Source of the DNA: an uncultured Spirochaetota bacterium
GTDB taxonomy: Bacteria > Spirochaetota > Brevinematia > Brevinematales > JAOACQ01
DNA length: 64,000 nucleotides
Direction: 5' to 3'
Assembly (NCBI GenBank): GCA_963783575.1
Contig: CAWAOD010000006.1
Span: forward strand, 95,758-159,757
The translations under genes were made by a program, and so were the position numbers. A model generated the notes under the pieces. That model was given only the letters and a program-made list of their open reading frames with translations. It made no database searches and was not told the DNA's origin. Below, piece after piece: positions 1 through 9,647 of the stretch (position 1 is the first letter of the stretch; the number at the start of each line of letters is the position of its first letter).

Positions 1-132
1 GCACTGGTAGTCATTTATCGATGAATAAACCGTGTCAAGCTTTGCGAGAATACTCTCGGGAGTTATTTCCTGCGCGATAAGTCCATTAATTGTCATAAAT
101 AAAATGATAAAAACGAAAAATGATCTGATCAT
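1..132 (-). CDS. 5' part of a secreted protein, possibly LolA-like; runs off the window start
   Basis: Manual translation MIRSFFVFIILFMTINGLIAQEITPESILAKLDTVYSSINDYQC: signal peptide, GGAGG RBS upstream on the minus strand. Confidence 0.5.
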   Translation of the reverse strand, partial: MIRSFFVFIILFMTINGLIAQEITPESILAKLDTVYSSINDYQC

Positions 133-249
133 ATGCCGCCTCCGCCAAAATCTTATTTTATCCGGTATTCTGATTTTACCCCAACACCGGAATAAAAGCA
201 AGATTTGTCTTCGACAGAGGTCTTTAAGACTGCAGTCTTTTCAAATTTG

Positions 250-278
250 TTGACTAAAATATTTTTAAAAATTATATT
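250..278 (+). promoter_or_regulatory. Putative sigma70 promoter for 319..2013
   Basis: TTGACT-N17-TATATT about 40 nt upstream of the ATG. Confidence 0.4.
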
Positions 279-318
279 ATATGATTCTAAATATAGTTGA
301 TGGAAGAGGAACTTTTGT

Positions 319-2013
319 ATGAATTACAGAAACTTTAACGCGGCGATCTTTTTCACGGAAATGGATGTCTCTTCGTTTAAGGACAGGCAACAACTGGAAA
401 CTGAATTTGCTGGGGTTGAAAAGAATATCAGGGTGGGGAAGGTCTATCTTGAGACATTCCGATCCGATCAGACTGTTGATAAAAAGCAGATATTTATGCT
501 CAATGACTTTTTTAAAAGTAAAGGTATAAAAACCTCCGGCGCAATAACCACAACGCGCGCTTCAAAAGGGATATGGAAGACTTTCTGCTATTCCGGCAGC
601 GAGGACAGGGAAAAATTGAAAGAAGTGGTAAAACTGACCGCTTCGATTTTCGATGAAATTATACTTGACGATTTTTTCTTTACAAATTGCAAATGCGAAT
701 CCTGCATTGCCGGCAAGGGCGAAAAAACCTGGGCCGAATACCGGGTGAAACTCCTTAACGATGCGGCCGTAGAATGCGTGATAAAGCCCGCAAAGGAAAT
801 CAACCCGGGAATTAACCTGATTATCAAATTCCCGAACTGGTATGAGCATTACCAGAATGACGGCTATAACCTGAAGGACGAACCGGCAGTATTCGATATG
901 ATCTATACCGGGACGGAAACAAGAGACCCTGAGTATACCCAGCAGCATCTCCAGAGCTACCTGAGCTATTTTTTAATGCGGTATATGGAGAATGTCAAGC
1001 CCGGAAAAAACGGCGGCGGCTGGTTTGACACTTTCGATTGCTATAATCCCGTTAATTATATCGAGCAGTTAAACCTGACGCTTTTTTCAAAGGCGAAAGA
1101 AGCGACGCTTTTCTGCTATCATCTGATTAAGGATTCTTTATATCTCTCTCTCGCGGGTTTCGCGTTCGGAAAAACCGATAATTTTCTCGGTAAGCTTGGA
1201 AAACCTGCCGGGGTTTCCTGCTATAAGCCGTATCATTCTTCCGGCGAAGACCACCTTTACGACTCTATCGGGATGCTTGGAATTCCGCTGGAACCGTATC
1301 CCGAATTTCCGGCTGATAAAGATATTGTCTTTCTCACCGCCAGCGCTGCCCAAGATGATAAAATAATGGACAAAATGAAAACTTTTCTAAAAAAGGGCGG
1401 TAAGATTGTGATTACTTCCGGACTTGTTGAGAAACTTATTGGAAAAGGCATCGAAGATCTTGCTGTTTTGAAAAGAACGAATAGAAAAGTTTCAGCCCGG
1501 CAATTCGGTGTTAATCGCCAGATTTGCGCTTACCAGGATTATCATTATTCCGACATGGATATTTCACTGCCGGTACTTGAGTATTCCACAAATGAATCCT
1601 GGCCTTTTATCGATGCGATTGACGGCCATTATTCCGCTCCGCTTCTGCTTTATAACACATACGCGGCCGGTAAGATATATATTCTGGTCATACCGGACAA
1701 CTACGAAGGACTTTATCACCTTCCCCCGGAGATATTAAACGTTTTAAGAGATATTATAACGCCGGATTTTCCCGTTCAAATTGAAGGAAGGGCGAGGATC
1801 GGCCTTTTTGTTTATGATAATGATACCTTTATCGTGGAATCTTTTCTGCCATATAATGCGGTTGTTAACCTGAAAGTCCGGGTTAATGACGCAAGGCTTA
1901 GGTCTTTGACTGATGAAAAAGAACTAATACCCGCGTTATTCAATGATAAAAATTCTATTTTCAGCGTCATGCTTGAGCCAGGAAGCTACCAGGCGTTTAA
2001 GATAGTAAGATAA
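319..2013 (+). CDS. Conserved hypothetical protein, glycoside-hydrolase-like TIM barrel with a possible beta-galactosidase trimerisation-like C-terminal domain
   Basis: 564-aa ORF with RBS; IILDDFFF-x-NCKCESC motif. Confidence 0.5.
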   Translation: MNYRNFNAAIFFTEMDVSSFKDRQQLETEFAGVEKNIRVGKVYLETFRSDQTVDKKQIFMLNDFFKSKGIKTSGAITTTRASKGIWKTFCYSGSEDREKLKEVVKLTASIFDEIILDDFFFTNCKCESCIAGKGEKTWAEYRVKLLNDAAVECVIKPAKEINPGINLIIKFPNWYEHYQNDGYNLKDEPAVFDMIYTGTETRDPEYTQQHLQSYLSYFLMRYMENVKPGKNGGGWFDTFDCYNPVNYIEQLNLTLFSKAKEATLFCYHLIKDSLYLSLAGFAFGKTDNFLGKLGKPAGVSCYKPYHSSGEDHLYDSIGMLGIPLEPYPEFPADKDIVFLTASAAQDDKIMDKMKTFLKKGGKIVITSGLVEKLIGKGIEDLAVLKRTNRKVSARQFGVNRQICAYQDYHYSDMDISLPVLEYSTNESWPFIDAIDGHYSAPLLLYNTYAAGKIYILVIPDNYEGLYHLPPEILNVLRDIITPDFPVQIEGRARIGLFVYDNDTFIVESFLPYNAVVNLKVRVNDARLRSLTDEKELIPALFNDKNSIFSVMLEPGSYQAFKIVR

Positions 2014-2066
2014 TTGTTTTGCCGTAAAGCCACGGCATATGGCTTTATTCCTTTCTTTCTGTGGCG

Positions 2067-3792
2067 TTGTCTGTCGAAAAATCCGAAAATATGATATAAT
2101 AGTTAGTTGCAAAATTAAAGAGGGGAAAGACAATGGCGAGATATAAGAGAGGAAATCTAGACCAGGGAGAATTGTTAGCCATCAATTTGCAGGAACAATT
2201 CGATGAATACAGCCGTGAAGTCCTTCTAAAAAAGTTTGTGGCGAAATACATTGATATACAAAGGTTTGATAAATATTATTCCAATGATGAAACAGGGCGG
2301 AAAGGGAAACATCCTCAAGATGTTATATCTGCGATTCTCTATGGTTATTTGCAAGGAATCCATTCCAGCCGCAAGGTAGAAAATCTTCTCAGAACCCACA
2401 TAGGATTTATGTATGTATCAAACCGTCTTAGCATAGATCATTCAAAGCTTTGCGATTTTAAAATCCAGTTTGATGACGAAATTACAAATCTGTTTGCGAC
2501 AATTCTTTTTTTATTAAATAACATAGGAGAGATTGATTGGGATGTAGTTGTGGGGGACGGAACGAAAATCAAAGCCAATGCATCAAAGTCAAAGACGATG
2601 ACCAGGGAAAGAGCCGACAAAGTGATGAGAACTTACCGCAAAATGGCAACCAAAGTAGTTAAAAGGAGTTTGGAGACAGATGAGAAACTAAATCGTGGTG
2701 AATTGGAAGAAGAAAAGTATATGGCTGAAAAAAAGCGTATAGAACGTCAGGAAAAGCTTTACAACAGAGTGATGGAACAGGTGGAAGTTTATCAAAAGAT
2801 GCTTGAAGAAGAAAGATTAAAAGAAGGAGACAAAACCATTACAGGCAAAGATCATTATAATTTAACCGATCCCGACAGCTCTCTTACATTGGGGCCTGAC
2901 AAGAGCGGATATATTCAGGGATATAATATAAGAATGATGATCAGTAACAATGACATAATACTAAGCTGTGAAAACGATAAATTGAATGAGAAATACAGTG
3001 CGAAACCCATGATCGAGGAAGTGGAAAAGCTTAAAGAGGAATTGGGGGTAAAGCAGGAAAGTAAGTACCTGCTGGATTCGGGATTTCAAAATATGACAGA
3101 CATTCTGGAAATGGAAGAAAAAGGATTGGATTGCTATATTGATATAAAAGAGAGAGATTTTGGGAAAGAGGTACAAAAGAGAAAGAATTTTGAAATCATA
3201 AAAGGTGATAACAGAGAGTATCGGTTAAAGTGCTGTGGTGGATTAAATACCAAAGGATACATTGATGATAAAAGAGGCAAAATCCACTTTTTCTATAATC
3301 GATCACAATGTAAGGAATGTGAAAATAATAAGGAATGTTATACGAACATAAATCCCAGCAAAAACCAAAAGACTGTAAATTTCAATCTGTTTGAGTTAGA
3401 GAACAGAAAGGAAATCGACAGTTATCTTAATAAATTGAGAAGTGATGAAGGGCAAAAGATATACAGCAAGAGAATTGGAAAGGAACACAATTTTGCCAAC
3501 CTTAAAACGCAGAAAGATTTTTCTCAAACCTATTATCGTGGAAAAGAAAAAGTAGAAATGGATTGGCTCTGGAATTCCACTTCACATAATTTGGGAAAAT
3601 ATTTTCAGGCTGTAATATGCAAAGGATTGAGTATATGAGAATGATATAAAATGGTATAGGAGTGTAATTATGTAATTTAAGCTATAATAAATTGTATATG
3701 AGATTAATTTTCGGATATCTTAGAAATCAAATGTGATATCCGAATGTTATAGAAAATCGCTTTTTCTCTTTTTATAGTTTTTCGACAGACAA
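2067..3792 (+). mobile_element. IS1182-family insertion sequence with 15-bp perfect TIRs and 4-bp target duplication
   Basis: TIRs ttgtctgtcgaaaaa (2067-2081) and tttttcgacagacaa (3778-3792); GGCG direct repeat at 2063-2066 and 3793-3796. Confidence 0.9.
2133..3638 (+). CDS. IS1182-family DDE transposase
   Basis: LYGY-x-GIHSSRKVE, DGTKIKANASK, TDPDS, GYN, LLDSGF, YSKR-x3-EHNFANLK motifs. Confidence 0.9.
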   Translation: MARYKRGNLDQGELLAINLQEQFDEYSREVLLKKFVAKYIDIQRFDKYYSNDETGRKGKHPQDVISAILYGYLQGIHSSRKVENLLRTHIGFMYVSNRLSIDHSKLCDFKIQFDDEITNLFATILFLLNNIGEIDWDVVVGDGTKIKANASKSKTMTRERADKVMRTYRKMATKVVKRSLETDEKLNRGELEEEKYMAEKKRIERQEKLYNRVMEQVEVYQKMLEEERLKEGDKTITGKDHYNLTDPDSSLTLGPDKSGYIQGYNIRMMISNNDIILSCENDKLNEKYSAKPMIEEVEKLKEELGVKQESKYLLDSGFQNMTDILEMEEKGLDCYIDIKERDFGKEVQKRKNFEIIKGDNREYRLKCCGGLNTKGYIDDKRGKIHFFYNRSQCKECENNKECYTNINPSKNQKTVNFNLFELENRKEIDSYLNKLRSDEGQKIYSKRIGKEHNFANLKTQKDFSQTYYRGKEKVEMDWLWNSTSHNLGKYFQAVICKGLSI

Positions 3793-4095
3793 GGCGAACA
3801 GAAAGAAAGGAATCGAAAGAAAGATTCGCCCCTTCGCATTAACACCATTTCATGTCAAGCTATCTGTTTATTCCGAAGTGTTGTTATTCCGATCTGATTT
3901 AACATTCTTTTTTATTAAAGAGCCTCACTTTGCAGTCCTGCTACGTTCGGGTCGCAGCCGTCCTGGCTGCGAAATACGAACGTATCGATTTATTATTAAA
4001 GGGGAATAACAACAATTTTAGTACTGAGCATTTTCAATGTAATAACTAAGGCTCAATCAGAAATGGCGTTAATGCTGCGGGGGCAATTAAGCAAT

Positions 4096-4354
4096 CTTCG
4101 GTCACTGAGTAGCGTCTTGTTTATGGTCACTTCGATACGGGCTGAAGCCCTACTCAGTGACCGAAGTATTTCTTAAAAGATGGAGCTAAACGCGTATCGA
4201 AGTGACTGTCATGACAGCTTTTATAGTACATTTTAGAAATATAAACAAAGCCCTCTTCGCTCCCCGAGTGATCGCGATAGCGATCGTATCGAGGGGGTGT
4301 CATGACGATCGCCTCGATACAATTTTTGCTTCGCAAAAATCACTCGGCGACCGA
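4096..4354. repeat. Cluster of nested REP-like palindromes
   Basis: Perfect IR cttcggtcactgagtag 4096-4112/4150-4166, interleaved with IR gtcacttcgatacg 4126-4139/4193-4206; two further related units at 4257-4354. Confidence 0.75.
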
Positions 4355-4648
4355 AGCCAGTTCTATACAAATCAATACTGATAACTTGACTTGTTTTATC
4401 ATAAGCATTATGATTTCCCGGCATATGACATGTATTTGTGGACAACTTTTTGTGGTAATGCGTTTACTTGGGCGATGGTGGGCTGGAGGTTTTTTTGGGG
4501 GGGTGTAACTTCGCCTCCGCCCAGTGGCTGGTAAAAAGGTTGAAAATATTGGATAATATTTATTAATTGAACATAAAAAATCATCAATTTTAAAGCAAAA
4601 AAATATTACCTATTAGTTAATGTTTTTTTAAATAGGTGGATATGAAAT

Positions 4649-5653
4649 ATGGATTCCAGTTTACATGAAAGATTATACAATAATGAAATTAACAAAGAAA
4701 ATTTAACATCGCTATTAAAAGAATACAACCCAGATCAACACATTGCATTTATCGGATCAGGAATTAACACAACAATAAACGATATCCCTAACTATAGTCT
4801 ACTTTTTAATAAATTATGTAATGGAATATATAATGAAAAAGATAATAATAAAATTAATCCAGATTCTTTTTCTAGATTATATGAAAACTATAATGATATA
4901 GAAAATTTTGATAGGAAGGTTTTTGATATAATAACTCCTAAAAATACAAGTGGTTCTATGACAAGTATTGATATTACCCGAGCTTTTAATTGTTTTGTAA
5001 CAACAAATTATCATGAACCAATAGAAGAAGCTTTTAAAAAGAAGCAGATTATAGCACAAGAATCACCCGCAGAGTTGAAATTATTTTATTTTTCTTTTCC
5101 AACAACATTAGGGCAGCCTTCAAAACACACATTAACATATTTACATGGTAATTCGGCTATTGGGTTCTGTATTTTAAGACAAAAAGATTATGAATACTTT
5201 TATCCTTCTTTATATCAAAAACATCTTGGAGTATATGTACTTGAAAATAGTTTATTTGATATTTTCACAAAAAAAAGTGTAGTTTTTTTAGGTTGTTCAT
5301 TAGAAAAACATATAAAAGAGTATTTGAATTATCTTATTAATAAAAAGATAAATCAAATGAATCAAAAAATAAACAGGGAGAAAAAATTAATTTGTAATAC
5401 CCATTATTGGATTAATAATGACATCGATATCAATCAATATTTAAGAGGAATTCCTAAACAAGAAAAAGAAAATAAATATAAAGAATATGAAAATAAATAT
5501 TTTGAAAATTTTGCAAGAATAAAAATTAAACCAATAATTTATACAGGATATCATATTTTCATAGAAGATATATGTAAATTGTTAATTCATAAGGGTGAAG
5601 ATAAAAAGACACTCAAATTTGAGCAAAGCTTTGATCCAACAAAAGGAGTTTGA
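4649..5653 (+). CDS. SIR2-like (SIR2_2) domain protein, putative NADase defence effector
   Basis: AFIGSG-x-N...IPNY, VTTNYH, YLHG and VVFLGCSL motifs; very AT-rich. Confidence 0.8.
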   Translation: MDSSLHERLYNNEINKENLTSLLKEYNPDQHIAFIGSGINTTINDIPNYSLLFNKLCNGIYNEKDNNKINPDSFSRLYENYNDIENFDRKVFDIITPKNTSGSMTSIDITRAFNCFVTTNYHEPIEEAFKKKQIIAQESPAELKLFYFSFPTTLGQPSKHTLTYLHGNSAIGFCILRQKDYEYFYPSLYQKHLGVYVLENSLFDIFTKKSVVFLGCSLEKHIKEYLNYLINKKINQMNQKINREKKLICNTHYWINNDIDINQYLRGIPKQEKENKYKEYENKYFENFARIKIKPIIYTGYHIFIEDICKLLIHKGEDKKTLKFEQSFDPTKGV

Positions 5654-5659
5654 TAATAT

Positions 5660-8600
5660 ATGAGTTATTATGAATTATTAAATGATCTAGAGAAACTTAT
5701 TATAGAATTTAGTAATGATAATGCTGCTAAAATTTTAATGCTTATTCAACAAGATAATGCACTAGAAACTGAATTATTTAGAAGACTAAAATCTTGTTTG
5801 TGGTTTATGTGGTTAAGAGATTCTGGATTCTTTAAACCTGAAAACATTAAATATAATTCCAAAGGTTATGCTATTTATTGGGATATTGTCGATTATCTTG
5901 AAAAAGTCTCGGAGCAGGTTTCCCAAAATCCCGAATACGGAAAAGAACTAATCGACATTATTAAAAATACGGTTGAATTTTCCATTGATAAAAAAAAGAT
6001 AATAAACAATTTTTATATCTGGCAGTATTTTGTAAAGATCATTAAAAATATCCCAAACCCTATTATTGTGGAAAATTTCCCAATGGAAAACCGTGAAAAG
6101 GATGGAAATATTTCATACGGTTTCCGGACATGGTTATTTACTTTAACTGAAGCAACAAGAGATAGTGATTTTATTATTAATGATATAGCGGATTTGCTTC
6201 TGGGCAAATTCCTTGAGGATGACAACACCATAAAATATGCGGAAGCTATTATGGAATTGATGACATGGATTCAGCCGAAAAATTATAGGAGTTCAATAAC
6301 CGGAAGGGATGATGCTGTGATGAAGTGGAATTCATACTGGATATTGGAAGCCTTTAAAAAGAACCGCATCAACATCGGAAAGAAATGTTCCAAAGACTCA
6401 ATTGTGGATATTGCCGGGAAACTTGAAAAAGCACTGGAGTATGAACAGAGTTTTTACGATAGAATTATTGAAACAGAGCAGGGAATATACCGGTTAAAAG
6501 TTAGCAGGGTTAAAGATGAAAAAATCGGGGAAAATGAGATCGGATTTATTGAAAATACTTTTGAAAGTGATCTTAGCCGATATGCGTCTAAACAAATTGA
6601 AGGAATTAATTTAAAGGAAGACCCCTGGCCGCTTTACCATATCGAGCCTGAAACAGGGCTGCAAAATTTCCGTATGATCGCAAAGGATAAAGAAACATTT
6701 ATTCTAAAATTGAAGGATAATTTATCCTCTTTCATTAAAAACCTGGAAACGGGAGAATTTGAAAAGGAAACCGGCCAAATGTTCGATGGATTATTTGAAG
6801 ATTATTCAAATCTCTGGGCAAAATCCCTATCCGGAATAGATGAATTAAACACAAATAATGCCAAAAATGTCATATCAATTATTTTACGAGATATTCTTAT
6901 CGCAAAGTGTGAAGTTGACATTGAGATAGTAAGAGAAATTTTGAACATATTTTTAACTGATAAATACCGTTTCCCGATATTCCGAAAGTTTGTACTATTT
7001 TTCGTCCATAAGCAATGGGCTTATCAGGAATTATTATATAAATTCTTTGATATTACATCAAATCCCCTGGAAAAAGCGAATTATAATGTTGAACTATATG
7101 ATATCCTGCATAACAACTATGATAATTTTACATTTGAATTTAAAGAGCATATTAAAAAACAGATTTTCAAAATCCCTGATTATTTTAATAAAAAGGAAGC
7201 TTCATATATAGCTTATTGGCAATACCGATGGCTTTCGCCTCTTTCCGGTCATCCCGAATTTTCAGAAGCATATTCAAAAGCCAGAAAGGAAGCGGAAGTT
7301 GAAGAAGACAGGCCATACGAGCCGGAAAGGTCTATGAAAATCAGCGCAGGTTTTGTAGGTCATGTATCGTCTTTGTCAAAAGAACAGATACTTCAAATGC
7401 CTATTTCTGAATTAATAAAATACATAAATGAATTTAAAGAAGTAGATTCAAACAAAAATCCTTTTGATAATAAACCGGACAGAGAAGGTTTGGCCAGAGT
7501 GCTGCAGTCCGCTGTTGCGGAAAATCCCTCAAAGTTCTGTAATGAAATTTCAGTTTTTTTACAAGTTGATTATTACTATCTTTATCATATCTTCAGGGGC
7601 TTTATTGATGCATGGAGATCGAAAAAAGAACTGGTTTGGGGTAATTTATTTGATTTTATCATTAAATACATGGAAAAAGGTGGGGATGAAATTCTTAAAG
7701 AGGCTTTGAAGGCCCAGGGTGATGATTTCGGGAATGGAAGATATATTTGGATGGTTGAAGTTATTGTTGATTTAATAGAGGAAGGTTCCAGGGATGATCA
7801 TAGGGCTTTTGATCATGCTCTATTTTAATCAGGTTGATCAAATATATGAATTAATCCACACACTCCTGAAAGGCGAAAAACAGCCCAACACTCAAAGGGA
7901 TGCCATCACTTACGCGTTAAATACAACATTGGGGAAAACAATTGAGTCTTTTATTATATATTCTTTGAGACGTGCAAGAGTAACAGGGGTAAGAATTGAA
8001 AATTGGGGCAAAACAAAGTATGATAGGTATTTTGATATCGGCGTCGAAGCCTATATCTGGTTCGGCCGCTTTTTGGCGAATATAAACTATCTGGATGAAG
8101 ATTTTACCCGTGAAAAGATCAAAACTTTAGCTGAAAACCGGATAGACGAATATAGCTGGCGGAATTTCATGGGCGGATATTTATCCGGGTCGCAGGTTTA
8201 TAAAGATATATATTCCTATATGAGGCCGAATTATTATAAAGCCGTGGAGTATGGCAAGTTTGATGAAAATGTTGATTCAAGGCTTGTCAATCATATCGCC
8301 ATTGGTTATCTATACGGTTACGATCAATTGGATACTAACAATCTGGATGGAAATCCCAGCCTCTTTTACAAGATGCTCAATGAAGCTGTGAGAGTGGAGA
8401 AAAAGAAAAGATGGGAAGAAACGGTCAATTTTTTCTGGTCTTTGTCGGGAAGGACTATCCATAAAAAAGATATTGAAAATAATGATGAAATAGAAGAAGA
8501 AACAAAAAGTAAAATAATAGATTTCTGGAGATGGACTTATGAAAATCGAGAATATATCAAAGAAATGCTGGATAATGAAGATTATCATTTATTTCTGGGC

Positions 8601-8954
8601 AGCATTTCTCAATTAGTAATTGTACTGAATAAAATTGATGATAACTCATCAGATTGGATTGAGTTATGCGCCCCTTATATAAATATTCACCAAAATTCCT
8701 CATTTTTTATTGAATATTTAACAAAGTTTGAAGACGATGAAAGCATCAAACATATTGGAAATATATATCTGAAAATTCTTGAATATTTTATACCTACTTT
8801 CGGGGAAGAAGATATAAAGCAGACTATTGAAAAATTATATAAGCTTGGCGTAAAAGATGCCGAAGTAAAAAATGTCGCTGATAATATTTGTGAAATTTAT
8901 GGCCGCCGTGGGATTCATATTTTGAAAGATTTGTGGGATAAGTATAATACTTAA
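5660..8954 (+). CDS. Large (~1090 aa) predicted alpha-helical protein, partner of the SIR2 gene; split by a frameshift near 7800-7825
   Basis: Overlapping ORFs 5660..7828 and 7794..8954; starts 6 nt after the SIR2 stop; no catalytic motif recognised. Confidence 0.7.
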
Positions 8955-9003
8955 TAATTATGAATTGAATCACTTTATTTTTGAATAGATTTATTATTAC
9001 CTG

Positions 9004-9219
9004 TCAGTTGACAAATAAGCTATATTTGAAAAAACTAAGGTTCCTTTGCTCCCAGATAACAACCGGAACGTTTTTATCCATCAGTTTTTCCATTAGTCCG
9101 GGACTGATTGAACCTGTCTCAATGGCGGTGGATGAAGCTACATTTGTGATTATCATTTTTTCCAGATTTTCAGGGTCTTTCAGGTTGGGATTGGATAGGA
9201 TTAAAGGTATATTTTTCAT
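9004..9219 (-). CDS. Small protein resembling Fic antitoxins
   Basis: 71 aa containing SSTAIETG, similar to the Fic-inhibitory (S/T)xxxE(G/N) motif. Confidence 0.4.
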   Translation of the reverse strand: MKNIPLILSNPNLKDPENLEKMIITNVASSTAIETGSISPGLMEKLMDKNVPVVIWEQRNLSFFKYSLFVN

Positions 9220-9302
9220 ACATTAATTATAAACAGCTATTGTAATAAAGTCAATCGACATAGAGAAACAAATTTAGGGGGAAGCTCATCCAATGCCCGA
9301 TA

Positions 9303-9647
9303 ATTTTGCTCCCCGCAGCAGGAGCGCCATTTCTGATTGAGCCTTCATTTGACTAAAAGAAATCTCAGTATAACAATCGTTGTTATTCAAAATTAACATG
9401 AACTGAACAAGTTTAAGGGTTTCAGACAGGAGGTCTGAAACCGAGGAATCAGTCTAGGACGGACTGATGACGAGGCGATTACTAAAAGACATGTTTAAGA
9501 AAACCCGAATAACAACACCTCAGTACTTAAAGACAGCTTAACATGAAATGGTGTTCATGCGTAGGGGTGGCTTTTTTCTTTTGCTCCTTTTCTTTTTTGG
9601 CCAGTTCAAAAAAGAAAAGGAGAGAGCCCCATTGCCGCTTCCGGCAA
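9303..9647 (+). repeat. Copy B of the ~340-nt structured non-coding element (intact)
   Basis: Inverted homologue of copy A; stem gttgttattc 9379-9388/gaataacaac 9507-9516; GGA-loop hairpins 9418-9442 and 9448-9468; mirror repeat/hairpin 9568-9622. Confidence 0.85.

Larger units (their letters stand above)
2017..4090 (-). repeat. Copy A of a ~340-nt structured non-coding element (2017-2066 plus 3797-4090), split by IS1182
   Basis: After removing the IS, aligns by eye to the reverse complement of 9303-9647, e.g. gcattaacaccatttcatgtcaagct vs gcatgaacaccatttcatgttaagct, and aaggctcaatcagaaatggcg identical. Confidence 0.85.

Noticed and set aside
2047..3813. 36-bp terminal inverted repeats for the IS1182
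   Set aside because: The outer 16 bp lie beyond the GGCG duplication and belong to the target hairpin; the true TIRs are 15 bp
4469..4505. G-rich tract as a G-quadruplex
   Set aside because: Irregular G-runs with homopolymers prone to error; no second copy or other support
4154..4508. Three short overlapping ORFs
   Set aside because: They lie in the palindrome cluster with no RBS or recognisable motifs
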